DNA of 64,000 nucleotides from Octopus vulgaris. Taxonomy: Eukaryota. Within the stretch, counting starts at the first letter, position 1; every line of letters starts with the position of its first letter. The DNA is taken from NCBI GenBank assembly GCA_951406725.2, contig CATOCA020000001.1:5022001-5086000 (forward strand). Reading direction: 5' to 3'. The notes under the pieces were generated by a model. The model did not search any database, was not told where the DNA came from, and worked only from the letters and a program-made list of their open reading frames with translations. Positions 38,145 through 51,421 of the stretch are shown in pieces. Made by a program: the position numbers and the translations under genes.

Positions 38145-41100
38145 CATACATACATACATACATACATACATACATACATACATACATACATACATACATA
38201 CATACATACATACATACATACATACATACATACATACATAATTGTGTGTATATTGGAAAAAGCACAATATTAGTGATCATAATTTTTATTGTTTATCCAA
38301 ATATTGTTTTGCTCACTTCACATATTATGGCCTTCTTCACATACTATATGACATTGCAGCATAACTTAAATGAGATTCTCAGGTTTCATTAGGGAGTTCC
38401 CACTGCAACAATGCTTGCAACTTACAAATTTAATCCCTTTATTTGACTTGTTCAACGATTTTCACGTGTTTGTTACATCAGAATACTAAAAGGACAACAA
38501 GTGGCTTTCATGCTTCTCTCAGTTGAATTTGTGACATTATTGAAACGTTTCCGAATGAACATGAAAATAGGTTTATAGTCTTTGTTAATAATTTGCTTTA
38601 TATGTCTAACATGTATTGATTTCAATACTAACACGCATACATTTGTTTTTACATCTGAAAGAAAATATTTCTTGTTATTGCTATGCATTGCATTATTTGG
38701 TTCATAAATACAGATATTTACTTGTATTCTGTAGATTACTCGTTATTTCAACGGAATTTACAGTGTCAAACATGTTCAGGAATCATATGCAATGATGCAA
38801 AAGTGACAAGCTGTCCAGGAACAGAGGTAAACTAGAATATTACTTTCTTCCTTTTCGTTAAAATATATCCACAGCCGTCACTCGAAAGCCATTAAGTCCA
38901 CATAGATTGTAATATGCTTTCGCTAGTTTTTTTTTATGTGCCTGCGTAGACATACACACACCCTGTCGATCTTCTTATTCATGACTCAATGGGAAAACAA
39001 GGATGTGACGACAGAAGGGAGAAATAGATGAACATCACTAGGTTGGGATACATTTCCTTCGATAGGACTGGAACAAAGTGAAATGAAATGCCTTGTTCAA
39101 GGACACAATGTTCTTCCCTGTCCAGGAATCCCTATTCAAGAAACGAACACACGAACTTAAAGTGAGCTTTCTCCGACAAAACATGGCTGTCCTTAGAGTA
39201 GGATGTATGAATATATGTGGCCAGAAGTCAACTTGGGATCAAGATTCCTTGTCGAATGACCTCGGGCCACTAACCTTAGAGGGGATAACTGCATGTTGGA
39301 TGTGGCCCTACCATCTTGCAGAGATTAAAGGGAGCGGATTAAGGAAAAAGTTAAGAAGTAAATGACCGTCTCCTTCGTCTGTTGGCCATAGCAAAAGTGG
39401 TTGTTTGATAGACAAGATTATGAAATGTTCGAAACAGATTAAATCTGCCCTCACATCAAGAAGTACAATAAGCTTCACAGAACATAACGGATGGGGGTCA
39501 TATTATTTCAACAGGAATAGGTGAAAGCTATACGATTAAACGCAGCTAAAACACAAATTAAAATTGCCAGGCATATCTCTGAATACACAGTTGTACATTG
39601 GTGAAAGAAACGCAAGAGAAACAATAAAAGACACCGGTAATGACACAGATCAATGCTTCACATTAACTGATCTACGAGAATATAGGAGAATAGAGCGTGA
39701 CATAAGAGCATGGCTGCAATCTGTTGCTCTGTTTCATTGTCTGTTCTGATCTCAGACCTTTCTGTTTTCTTGAAGCTGAGTTAGCTTATGTAATGATTCA
39801 TTCATTTGCAATCACAGACTCCATTGGCTCTTTTGAAGACGCCAGCCTTCGGACACTATCATTGGTTATTTTTTCATGACATCCTCACTCAGTTTGGGAG
39901 ATCCAATTTTCTTTCTAAAACTTTTCCAACATTGGAAGAAACGAGTTTCAATTTCAAACTAAGGCAATGCAAATCTTATTTCTAACTTCAATGTCTACAT
40001 TTTCATTGCTTTTATTATTGTTAGGTGTTTGCGATTATTAATTGCGTTTTCGTGATGGATTCTTTTCTTTAAATATTCTTCTCCATTTCTGATATTTTTC
40101 GTTTTCAGAATGTCCCTTATTAAGTTAACAAGACCTTGGTTGTTTTCTCTCCAAATTTTATACTAATATACCGTATTTTCATATAAAATATACTTGCAAA
40201 ATAAAACGAAGTTTCTCTTGTGTTCGTTTTATGTATTTTCTGTTTTATTTGCTTGGACTGAGGAGTTCAATCTGACAATTATATTTCATTATCATCTTTG
40301 GGTAAAGGCATATTAGTTTCTCTTGTTGGTGAGTTTTGTACGCATGATTTTCCGTAAATTTTATATGAAAAATTCCTCTTGAGCATTCCTCCAGTAAGAA
40401 GAAATTTTAGAGAATTGATACATCTTTATTGGGATAATTTGACCTATTTTAAGTTGGGCGATGGGTGACAGTGCGATGCGGTTTTGATACAGACCGTGAT
40501 CCGATGGCCATATCTCCTTGTGATCCGAGAGGTTTGGACACTGTAAGCATTTAAAACATGATTTTTGAATACTAAATAGCAATAACTTTTACGGAATTTT
40601 ACTTATGCTGTTAACTTTCAACAATTCGGAAACTCTTTTACGGTTTCATTTATTGCTTTTGGGTATTTTAAAGCAATGATTAAACTTACTTGCATGGTAA
40701 ACATCCCCAGTGGTGTTGTTTCTGTTGTTGTTGCTGTAATTAGCAGTAATCGTCCTAATAAATATTGTTGTTGTAGTGTATAATTTTCATATCTATTATT
40801 ACAGCCTGTATGCCGATTCGCAATATCAATGAACGGTGCTAAACTGAAGACTGAAAGGTCCTGCAGCACATACAGAAAATGTGTTGAAGCTATGAGAAAC
40901 AATACCCTTACATGCAATAAACGGACGAATGGCACGTCTTGTACTGGTTGTTGCGTCGGACACTTATGTAACAAGAATGATTTCATTGGTAAGTGTTATT
41001 TATTGTCTAATATAACACTAACAAGTTTATTACAAATTGATAGTTAATAAGAACATTTTATAGTAATTAATATACGGGAAAATATTTTGATGTGTGTATA

Positions 41101-41483
41101 CTGTGTGTATATATATATTGTTTGCAATGCTCTCTCTCCCTCTCTCCCTCTCTCTCCCTCTCTCTCTCTCTCTAACACACACACACTCACAGATGGAATC
41201 AAACACCACGACATGAAGGAAAAGAGTAAAAGAGAGCACTTTTGGCGAGTGAGCAAAATATTGGTTAGAAAGCTGAATGCCTGGAACATAATTTCGGCGA
41301 TAAACTCGCACGCAGTCGCAGTAGTTCGGAATGATGCTGGAAAACTGAAGTGGACAGAGGAGAAGCTAAAGGAGTTGGACAGGAAGTCAAGAAAGGTCCT
41401 ATCGATGTATGGAACCAATCATCCATGTGCAGGCATTGATAGCCGATACACGAAGAGAGCGACAGGAAGAAAGGGAATGATAA

Positions 41484-41530
<47 letters not shown>

Positions 41531-42415
41531 TTATTATTTGAGTGAATAAAATCCAAACTTACAAGGGAAAAATTAAATTTAGAAATACTAAATCAAATTT
41601 CACACAATATAAGATATATATAAAAAATTAAAATAAAAACAGCTTTTATCAATTCAAAATGAACAATTAAATTACACCATCTAGAAAATTACATATAATA
41701 GAAATATAAAAAATAAATAACAATTAAATGTCAATGCTTAAGTAAATTGCAAATAATAATAATAATAAAAACGTATATAATAGGTAGAATAAGAATATAT
41801 ATATATATATATAGTATTTTAAGTGTATATGTGATTATGAATGTATATTTTTATCTACGTATGTGGGTTTTATGTGCATCTATGACGTGTGTCTCATTTA
41901 TAAACGCAGCGATTATTTTCTATATCAATCCATAGGCTGGACCAAATCCCTCGTATTTCGTTTGATTTTTAAAAAGTTCAACGAATATAAAATCCCCGCT
42001 GAGAACATATCAAGAGCCGTGAGTAGATATCTGCCCTCTCTCTCTCTTTCTCCGTACACAGACGCGCGTGCGCGCACACATATGCACTGAACATGCGCAC
42101 ACATGCATACACATACACACTCTCACGCACACATACACACACACACATGCATATTTTATAGAAGAAATGTGAAACGTCAAATAAATAGTGAGGTTTCATG
42201 AAATTCAGACAATCAACTCCATTTACTGATAGTAAACTATTACATAAAACTTTCTTTTTTAACTTACTGAATTTTTTCTGGTCAATAAAAAGACTGTTCT
42301 ATCCACTATTTTGTCTTTATATATTCCGTCTTATAATTTCCGATTCTGACAGTAAATAAAATCCTACTCAAATATTCACTAATCTTGTGTTTACACACAG
42401 ACACACACAGACACA

Positions 42416-42495
<80 letters not shown>

Positions 42496-43015
42496 AGAAC
42501 ATATGTAATCACACACTTCCTTTTGGTAATATTTTTCTTCTCAACATTTTCGTTTTCCTTTCTGAAAAAGAGATATGCTCGGAACATTAAAAACCCTCTC
42601 ATTTCCCCCACTTTACCGAGTGTCAAGCTAATATATTTATATATAATTATATTCTCAAACGCAGGATAATGCTAATAGTATAGCATGAACAGGATAACGT
42701 ATTCACCTGTTGCCGAAAACTCTGTCGGCGGCCAGATTACGCGTCTTATAAAGCTAGATGTATATAGCCTAACTTTGCAGAAGTATTTGTCGTTCGCGCA
42801 GTTTAGCTTAATGGTAAAGCACTTGAAGCGTAATCACAGGGGTGTGAGGTGTAGTCACATAGCTGGCTGACGACAGATTTATCTGCAAATTATGGATATT
42901 TCATCCGGTTCACGTTATATCATTAGCATTATCCTGCGTTTCAGAATAAAATTATTTCTTTTTATTTTTCAATACATCTCAACGCTTTTAAATCAAGCTT
43001 TGTTTCTTGAATTTA

Positions 43016-43061
<46 letters not shown>

Positions 43062-43339
43062 CGGCTTTTGCAGATTGAGCATGACCTTTCAACCGTGACG
43101 GGAACATTTAGAGTTGAAGACTGTGGGTAAGCAAATGCTTCTAACACATTTATTCAAATTTATTTGCTTTTGTTCCAAACATTCGATTTTATCGCATGTA
43201 TTATACGTCACAATAATCAACAGTGTTGTACTTGTGACCCACAATATATTAATTCATACATTCAATGAAATGTTTAAGTGTTTTATCCATGTTTTATTAT
43301 ACAAAGGACACACAAACCCATATAAAGATACAGAGAGAA

Positions 43340-43397
<58 letters not shown>

Positions 43398-43398
43398 G

Positions 43399-43482
<84 letters not shown>

Positions 43483-45190
43483 CATACGCATTGAGTCGAA
43501 ACAGGAGCAGCTGAAGAAGGGAATGTTCCTTGTATTGTTTGTCTTGTACTCTGTTTTTTCGTTGTTGAAAAAAGTCCGTTTCCTTGTTTGATTTTATGTT
43601 TTCGTTTCTCGTTGTGTTCTACGTTTATTTGTGGTGTCCTGTACTCATATATGTATGTATATATACATATAGATGTAGGTATGTACATATATGTATGTAT
43701 GTATGCATATGTTTTATTTATTAAATTGCTGTATATATATGTATATATATATACATACATATACATCACACATATATATATACACACATATATATACACA
43801 CACATATATGGGTGTGTATATATATAAATTGAGGTGGGTATCGGCAATTTGAAACCAACAAGGAAATAATTCACAGTCACTAAGTGTGAAAAGAGTGCAG
43901 TGAGCACCAGTATTATTAGAAATATTAGTCATAGACTCCTTAGCCACAAAAAGACATATGGTCTGTTTGCATTGACAGTGGGGAGAACATTCCCCACGGT
44001 AAGCCAGATGGATTAGATTAGCATGGTAATTTCTTATAGGAAGTTAATACTCATCAGCAATGCTCACTCCATTACGGCTGGTGGAGGCTAACTCACGCCT
44101 CTCAGTATCATTGAGAATGCCATAGGAATTAGGATTGATTTCACAAAATGGCAATGTGAAGATTATAAAATAATTAAGGTGGCTAACACGCACATTTAAA
44201 ACCAACCAGGTATATATATATTATATATATATATATATATGTATCTTCTCATATATATATATATATATATATTCTTTGTAGCCCAGTACTTATTCTATCG
44301 GTCTCTTTTGCCGAACCGCTAGTGACGGGGAGTGTATTTAAAGATTTATGCAGGGAGTGGCAGGCCCCTATAGCAGAAGACACTGTGCCACGCATTTGAA
44401 CCGGAACCATGTGGTGGTTAGCAAGACTTACACACAGCCATATATTCATATATAAGTGTATTCCAAGATTTTGCAGGGAGTCACCTTCATGTGGAGTGGA
44501 CGTTCGACCAACTTTTAGTCACCCGCTTGTAGTTCGAGCCTTCTTCACTAATTCTGTTCTCAACCATACTGAATGCGGTTATTTTAGCTATGATGATCCA
44601 ATCCTGAGCTATGTTTGAATATAGTGATAGAAAGCGATGTGAAAGACAGTGGTGATGGTGGTGGAGTGGAAAGTGATGAAAAGTATTGATGGTGATGGCG
44701 TCAGAAGTCTGGATGGCGTGTGTACGGCAGATGTGGTGGCGATGGTGGTGGTACTGTTGTTTATCATGAAGCTTTGCAATAAGTTCCGAGTCGACAAATT
44801 ATATCATTGCTTTGATGAAAATTGTTCATTGCTTGAGAAATATTCATGTTTCATGAAATTTAATATGTACTCAATGCATGGTGTCATTGTTGGACCCAAG
44901 GATTAACAGGGCAGCTTTTAAACGAATGTATATATATATATATATATCTCAATGTATGTATATTTCTAGCTAGCTAGCTAGCTACATACATACATACATA
45001 CCGACATACATGTATGTATTTATTTTTTATTTCAGCTCAAACAGAAATAAAATATTTGCTATTTACTGTACAGTATTTAGCGAAATGACTGAAAGTCAAC
45101 TGCGGCACAATATCTCCGAAACTTTGAACAAATCCCAGGCATTTCTTAACTTAGGAGTTAAGAAAAGCCAGATGAAATTTCTTGATGAAA
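3778..45190 (+). CDS. Multi-exon gene (15 recognisable coding exons, 3'-incomplete) for a secreted/cell-surface LRR protein: SP-LRRNT-(LRR)x8-LRRCT-Ly6/uPAR-like domain-unassigned domain
   Basis: Exons 3778-3968, 7832-7903, 10141-10211, 13065-13136, 16543-16614, 19316-19387, 21996-22065, 24714-24785, 29886-29957, 33680-33835, 38735-38826, 40805-40988, 41936-42018, 43074-43126, 45036-45190. All have canonical AG/GT borders and compatible phases once five 1-nt deletions in three exons are allowed for. Confidence 0.85.
4425..4630 (+). mobile_element. SINE family B, degraded
   Basis: Resembles the reverse complement of 54900-55470 (gttgactttgtttttcattcttttggagtcg). Confidence 0.6.
5596..5969 (+). 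mobile_element. Non-autonomous Helitron-like element
   Basis: A|TCTCTCTCTATATAAA start, GC-rich subterminal hairpin cctgagcaacgccggg, CTAG|T end. Confidence 0.7.
6700..7420 (+). mobile_element. Decayed Penelope-like reverse transcriptase fragment
   Basis: Translates ...SNFYGSPKI...[44 protein letters not shown]...[18 protein letters not shown], with stops and frameshifts. Confidence 0.7.
7832..7903 (+). CDS. LRR cassette exon 1 ([24 protein letters not shown])
   Basis: 72 nt, gctatag| ... tt|gtaagt, phase 2-2, typical 24-aa LRR. Confidence 0.92.
10141..10211 (+). CDS. LRR cassette exon 2 (DL[F][21 protein letters not shown]); 71 nt, 1-nt deletion
   Basis: Same splice context as the other cassettes. 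One base short at gatctttctgg, so either an assembly indel or a pseudo-exon. Confidence 0.7.
13065..13136 (+). CDS. LRR cassette exon 3 ([24 protein letters not shown])
   Basis: 72 nt, AG/GT, phase 2-2. Confidence 0.92.
16543..16614 (+). CDS. LRR cassette exon 4 ([24 protein letters not shown])
   Basis: 72 nt, AG/GT, phase 2-2; visible as the tail of ORF 15761..16618. Confidence 0.92.
19316..19387 (+). CDS. LRR cassette exon 5 ([24 protein letters not shown])
   Basis: 72 nt, AG/GT, phase 2-2. Confidence 0.92.
21996..22065 (+). CDS. LRR cassette exon 6 (YLYENNI[S][13 protein letters not shown][K]GL); 70 nt, two 1-nt deletions
   Basis: caacattcaacc versus caacatttcaacc in other copies, and tttaaaggatt is one base short; splice sites are intact. 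Confidence 0.7.
24714..24785 (+). CDS. LRR cassette exon 7 ([24 protein letters not shown])
   Basis: 72 nt, AG/GT, phase 2-2. Confidence 0.92.
27780..28190 (-). mobile_element. CR1-like LINE 3' fragment
   Basis: ORF 27960..28184: [25 protein letters not shown]...GHSEKL, typical of a CR1 ORF2 C-terminus. Confidence 0.75.
29180..29530 (-). mobile_element. SINE family A-related, old and degraded
   Basis: cttgtttcag...tgcggccatgctggag...ccaaggtgccacacagt resembles family A reversed. Confidence 0.65.
29886..29957 (+). CDS. Divergent terminal LRR exon ([24 protein letters not shown])
   Basis: tctttttcag| 72 nt |gtaagc, phase 2-2; LRR pattern in single-copy flanks. Confidence 0.85.
30455..30610 (-). 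mobile_element. SINE family B fragment
   Basis: tggtacttaattcatcgaccccaaaaagatgaaaggcaaa...gaactcagaac. Confidence 0.65.
32185..32686. repeat. (CAT)n imperfect microsatellite
   Basis: ~500 nt of CAT/CAC/AAT triplets. Confidence 0.95.
32700..32930 (-). mobile_element. R4/Dong-like LINE 3'-end fragment
   Basis: Minus strand reads ...KKSVLLGT..., a degraded QKxALLGT motif. Confidence 0.4.
33680..33835 (+). CDS. LRRCT exon (DLK[N][15 protein letters not shown][Y][32 protein letters not shown]); two apparent 1-nt deletions
   Basis: ttattacag| ... caaa|gtaagg. The CxC...C...C LRRCT pattern appears by joining three frames; 156 nt seen, 158 needed for phase 2 to phase 1. Confidence 0.75.
35120..35320 (-). 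mobile_element. SINE family B
   Basis: gaccccagtacgcaact...ccccgaaaggatgaaaggcaaagtcgacct...gaatttgaac. Confidence 0.75.
36740..37925 (+). mobile_element. Decayed R4/Dong-like non-LTR retrotransposon RT region, flanked by (TACA)n
   Basis: GIFQGD (ggcatattccaaggggac), FVDDLK, YRYLGV and ...KTRKILT...KRKQGGR motifs, with frameshifts. Confidence 0.75.
38735..38826 (+). CDS. Exon: N-terminal half of Ly6/uPAR-like domain ([31 protein letters not shown])
   Basis: tctgtag| 92 nt |gtaaac, phase 1 to 0; LxCxxC start typical of three-finger domains. Confidence 0.82.
40805..40988 (+). CDS. Exon: C-terminal half of Ly6/uPAR-like domain ([62 protein letters not shown])
   Basis: ttacag| 184 nt |gtaagt, phase 0 to 1; CCxxxxCN signature. 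Confidence 0.88.
41190..41490 (+). mobile_element. R4/Dong-like LINE fragment
   Basis: [45 protein letters not shown]...GRKGMISV. Confidence 0.7.
41936..42018 (+). CDS. Exon ([28 protein letters not shown])
   Basis: ccatag| 83 nt |gtgagt, phase 1 to 0, open frame. Confidence 0.78.
43074..43126 (+). CDS. Exon ([18 protein letters not shown])
   Basis: ttttgcag| 53 nt |gtaagc, phase 0 to 2; exactly bridges the phases of its neighbouring exons. Confidence 0.78.
44270..44450 (-). mobile_element. SINE family A, internally deleted
   Basis: Fragments colinear with 90-400. Confidence 0.65.
45036..45190 (+). CDS. Exon ([51 protein letters not shown])
   Basis: tttatttcag| 155 nt |gtaagt, phase 2 to 1; no stop, so the gene continues beyond. 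Confidence 0.8.
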
Positions 45191-46101
45191 GTAAGTATCG
45201 TGTTTCTTATTAATTTTATCATCATTACCGTCATAATTAGCTTCATCAATCACCAACCTCTTAGTCGTTGTCGTCATCATCAACCACAGTAGGTGATACA
45301 AAGCACACAGACTATCTCCCTCTCTCTCTCTCTCTCACACACAACTATTTATTTACATTTTCTCAACGCTTGGATAATTTAAAAAAAAAAGCATTTTATT
45401 TTGCGCTTTTCCGTTTCTTGTCCCTACGGAACTGTTTGTCTTTGCTCAGTTTCTTTTTAATTATACCAATTAACCGAGGGCAAAAAAGTTGTCTTCTAAT
45501 TTTGTATAGAAGTAGAAGATGCAGACTCTACTGGACAGAAAAATTCAAACAATTCCAGTACTTTCTTAAATTCAAACAGGAAAACTATTTAATGCTGCAA
45601 ATAATTTTCCTCAGCGAAAATTCATTTCGTACGAAGTGATCAAGTTAATTTTTACATTAGGATCGATAGATACACACATAGCTCATACGCTTTAAACAAT
45701 GTCTAAGAGATATAAGACAGGAACAAATCATATCCCATTGCCGAAAAAGGATATATTTTCACTTCGTTTCCATTCATTTCATTTTACCATCGCCAAATCA
45801 ATATAACATCTACCTATTTCTAGCATACATTAGGTTTTGTGCTTCCGGTCAGTATGTCTAAAGAGTGATCAATATATTGACGAAATTCAACACTAGAGGC
45901 CGCGAAACAGACTAGCATTCTGACTAGTCATATCCCGTAACCAGTTATATATTGCTCGAGAAAATATAAAAATATATATACATATACACACACCTCTATT
46001 TCGGGATGGCATTTTTAAAAATATTTTTTTAAGAATATAAAAGTAAATATATATTTAGAAGCATACATACATACATATATATACATATGTATATATATGT
46101 A

Positions 46102-46132
<31 letters not shown>

Positions 46133-46373
46133 TAAATCAGAGATAAAACCACTATTAGGCAAATCAAGCAGTGAAAACCATAAACCAAAACATAAAAAAA
46201 ATTAATATAATATACAAAATATATAAACTATAAAATATAAAATTTCAAATTTAAATTATTTAGATTGAAAATTAAAATTATTAATTTATATTTATAAATT
46301 TTTATGAATTTTAATTTTTTTTCAATTAAAAACTTTAATATAAGATGTATATATGTATATATATATATGTGTG

Positions 46374-46477
<104 letters not shown>

Positions 46478-46487
46478 GTATATATAT

Positions 46488-46848
46488 GCGCAGGAGTGGC
46501 TGTGTGGTAAGTAGCTTGCTAACCAACCACACGGTTGCGGGTTCAGTCCCACTGCGTGGCATCTTGGGCAAGTGTCTTCTGCTATAGCCCCGGGCCGACC
46601 AATGCCTTGTGAGGGGATTTGGTAGACGGAAACTGAAAGAAGCCTGTCGTATATATGTATATATATGTATATGTGTGTGTCTGTGTTTGTCCCCCTAGCA
46701 TTGCTTGACAACCGATGCTGGTGTGTTTATGTCCCCGTTACTTAGCGGTTCGGCAAAAAGAGACCGATAGAATAAGTACTAAAGGTGGTGCTCCAGCATG
46801 GCCGCAGTCAAATGACTGAAACAAGTAAAAGAGTAAAGAGTAAAAGAG

Positions 46849-46849
<1 letters not shown>
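46488..46849 (+). mobile_element. SINE family A
   Basis: Head and tail present; small internal deletion. Confidence 0.9.
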
Positions 46850-46879
<30 letters not shown>

Positions 46880-46883
<4 letters not shown>

Positions 46884-47403
46884 GGTCCCGGGTTGATTCG
46901 GGGTTAACCACAGTAAGTAAGGTACTCAATACATAGCAGAGTAAAATTAATTTATTATATAGAAGGAGCTTCTACAGGACTAGTACTGTTTCATTCAAGA
47001 GAAGTCTTCAGGAAGCTATTTAACAAGAATTGTATTAGCATTTATACATTTAGGCAGGTTTAAAGGAGTGGTGGTGGGGGACTTTTTGGGGGTAGGCATA
47101 GCGCAAAATATCATACTTGGGGGAGTGGTCAAGGAGTCAGTGGTAAGTTAGATGAAAGAATAGATAAATAAAAAAAATAAAATAAAAAAAAAAAAAATAA
47201 AAAAAAAAAAAAAAAAAAAAATATAAAAAATATATATAAAAAAATATATATATAAAATATATATATAAAAATATATATATAAAAAAAGGGGGGATAGAGT
47301 TATAGGTAAATAAGGAGATTCTCACTTATACCTATACACACATGTGTATACGTATCTACACACACATACATACATACACATATATATACACACACACATA
47401 TAT

Positions 47404-47448
<45 letters not shown>

Positions 47449-48325
47449 CATATGTACACACATACATACATATCTACATACACACATACATACACCCGCC
47501 CACATATACAAATTTATACACATGCACATGCCTATACCTGTCTACACATACACACACGTATATATGCATACACTCACTCCCATGCATGCACGCATACACA
47601 CATGTATATATATATATATATATATACCCACGACCACACATACATATATACACATAAAAATATATTCATACGCACATACACTCATGCACACACAACACAC
47701 CTAGTTCCCTATATACACATATTTACACCTATATATACATACACCCACATACACCTATGTACACATATATATATATAAACATATACACGCATACATATAT
47801 ATACATGTGTGCACATACATACATACACACATATATACATACACATACACATACACATGTGTACCTATACATACCTACACATACACACATACATACATAC
47901 AAATATACATATACATATATATATATACAATCCAATACAGGCCCATTCCCTAATTTTAATTTTATTATCTTCATTTATTACTTTTGTTATCTTTGATCGC
48001 TAGGGCTAAGAATCCTGGCAATGGCTGCATGTCCATTTGTCTGTCTACTAGAAGGCAAGTACTCATTCCCGCACGCACACTCATTAGCACGTACATTCAC
48101 CCATTCGTACACTCATACACATACACGTACGCACGCGTTATATTCATACATACAAACATCTACATACGTTCACGTATATACACATACGTACTCGTACCTA
48201 CAGATTCGTGTCTACACTTTAGGAGGCTAGTCTATACATATACACCAAAAAAATATACATATATATATATATACCCGCATATACATACACACACACACAT
48301 ATATACTCCTACATACAGATACATA

Positions 48326-48387
<62 letters not shown>

Positions 48388-48871
48388 CATACACATACAC
48401 ACATACATATACACACACATACATACACATATATATACATACACAAACATATATACACACATATATATATATACATACATACACACATACACACATACAT
48501 ACGTATACATACATACATACATCCATACATCCATACTTACATGCATTTATACGCATACACACACCCATCTATATATATGTATATATATATACACTCACAC
48601 ATACATATACAAATCTACGCACACACATACATACATACACGTATACGCATACACGCACATACACATATACATGCGTACCCATACACGTGCACACACGCAC
48701 GCGCATCCATATATATACACACACACACATATATATACACGTGTGCAAGCATACATACATACTCATACGCGCACACATACTTACAAATACATATATGCAC
48801 ACACTTACACACATATATATACATACACATATACATGCATACATACATATATGCATACATACACACACGCA

Positions 48872-48917
<46 letters not shown>

Positions 48918-49523
48918 TATATACATATATAGATATACATACACATACATACACATACACATACATACACACATATACACATATATACATATATATATAT
49001 ATATACACACATACACATACATATATACACATATACATACATATACATACACACACACATACATATATACATATACACTGATACACATACCCATACATAC
49101 ACATGCATATACTTATATCACTACATACTCACATATATAAACATATATACATATACACACATACATATATACATGTACATACACATACGTATGCATATAT
49201 ATATATATACATATATATACACATATATATATATATATATACATACACACACACACACATACATATACACATATACATGTATACATACGCAAAAATGATA
49301 CACATATATACACATACACACACACAGACAGATGCATATACATACATATATATATATAAACTACATATCTATATAAATACATACATAATACACATATACA
49401 CACACATATATATATATATACATTCATGCATATACATATACAAGTATACATACACATACATACACACACACGCGCACACATACATATACACACACACATA
49501 TACAAATACATACATACACACAT

Positions 49524-49561
<38 letters not shown>

Positions 49562-49927
49562 ACATGTACACATATACATATGTATATATATATCAACAAG
49601 GGAGGGTAAAGTTAATTAGTTATTAATCAATTTCATCAAGTGTTCAGTATGTAAAGGGACCATTATTATTTTGAGTAAACAATGTTAGAGGGAAAAAAAT
49701 CCTCTAAGTAGTGGAAGAGGCTAAAAAACTTTAATGGCTGCTATTTCTAGAAAGTTTAGTATGTGGCAAAGTAATTTATTTTATTTTCCTAAGCCCTAAT
49801 TATATAATATTTTATACATACATACACATACATAAGCACATACATTTACACATACATATGCATATACATATATACACATATACATACAAACACATATACA
49901 CATATACACACACACACACATACAAGC

Positions 49928-49972
<45 letters not shown>

Positions 49973-51068
49973 AATATATATACATATATATTTTTACATG
50001 CATACATACACACACACACACATAATACATGCGTATATTCCTACTGTACCCATGCATTTCTATACATATATACATACATACATACGATACACATATACAA
50101 GCGTGCACATATAATATGTGAAAGGTCTTAGGAGAAAAGGTAATCGGGGGTGCTAGGGGAACAGTGGGGTTGGGGGGGTTGTAGGGGGGTTGTAGGGGGG
50201 GGGGTTGTAGGGGGGGTTGTCATCAATCAGGTTGCCGGGTAGGTCTATAGTTCTTGTAGTTCGCATACTTCTTATGCATGCAATTTGGGGAGTGTTCTGA
50301 AAATTTGTTAAGGAGAGGGCCTTTGGCGAACAAGATCTCTAGGCTCTCTGATATGCATAGGTCACAGCAGGTATGTCCTCCTGTGTACGAGCGCGCCTTC
50401 TGTAGTAGTTTCCACTTGGTCTTGAAGGGGATTGAGTTCCTTTTAAGGTACCAGATGTGGGCGGCGAGGGTAGTTTGGTTGGATTTATCCTGTCGCCGGA
50501 ACGAGTGTGTATGTGCATACCAGCGGGTCTTAAAGCTGTTTGACGTCATTCCAATGTAGGATTTACTTTTATCGTCAAGGCCTGATCTTACCTCGCATTT
50601 ATATACTAGGTCCCTCTGTAGGCAGTTGTTGTTGAGGGGGCAGGTGGTTTTATCATGGCAGTTGCAATTGCTATCGGACGTTGGATGGGCCCCGGAGAAA
50701 GTAGATATGTTAAGTTTTTTCACATTGTTGTTGGCTAGGTTCCTGGCTAGGTTGGGCGTGGTAGAGTAGGAGAGTCTAATAGTGTTCTTATTTAGGATAG
50801 TGTAGTACTTATGTTGGGTGGGGAAGTGTTTCTGTAGGAGAGTGAAAAAGATCTTAGCTACAGGTGTAGCGACCTCACGGTTGAAGGGGGGTTGTACCAG
50901 CTAATGTGTCTTCGTCTATTTTTCCTGGGTTGGCGTGGGGCTATACTAGTGTAGGTAATCTTATCTTTAAAACCACTGCGGGCCAGGGCCTCGTTGTAAT
51001 AGGGGGCTGCGGCCTTAAAGATATCTTCCGTGGCGGACAGGCTAGAGATTCTAATTGAGACACTTTTT
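46880..51068 (-). mobile_element. Penelope-like retroelement 3' part: GIY-YIG endonuclease ORF end plus long microsatellite-rich 3' region, truncated by the gap
   Basis: ORF 50223..50723: CNC..KTTCPLNNNCLQRDLVYKCEV...SYIGMTSNSFKTRW..H...CDLC..E...LLNK...CMHK; upstream WYNPPF...KHFP...LSYS motif; hammerhead at the distal end. The extent of the 3' region is inferred. Confidence 0.75.
46967..47017 (-). ncRNA. Minimal type I hammerhead ribozyme
   Basis: Minus strand: agcttc-CTGAAGA-cttctcttgaat-GAAA-cag-tactagtc-ctg-TA-gaagct. Stem I agcttc/gaagct, intact core, GUA cleavage triplet. Confidence 0.75.
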
Positions 51069-51168
51069 NNNNNNNNNNNNNNNNNNNNNNNNNNNNNNNN
51101 NNNNNNNNNNNNNNNNNNNNNNNNNNNNNNNNNNNNNNNNNNNNNNNNNNNNNNNNNNNNNNNNNNNN
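51069..51168. other. Assembly gap (100 N)
   Basis: N run. Confidence 1.
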
Positions 51169-51227
51169 TTCTCTGACTCCCTTGTTTGCACTTGTGTGTT
51201 CGAGGTCGTTGTATATATATATATATT

Positions 51228-51330
<103 letters not shown>

Positions 51331-51343
51331 TATAAAGATATAT

Positions 51344-51421
<78 letters not shown>

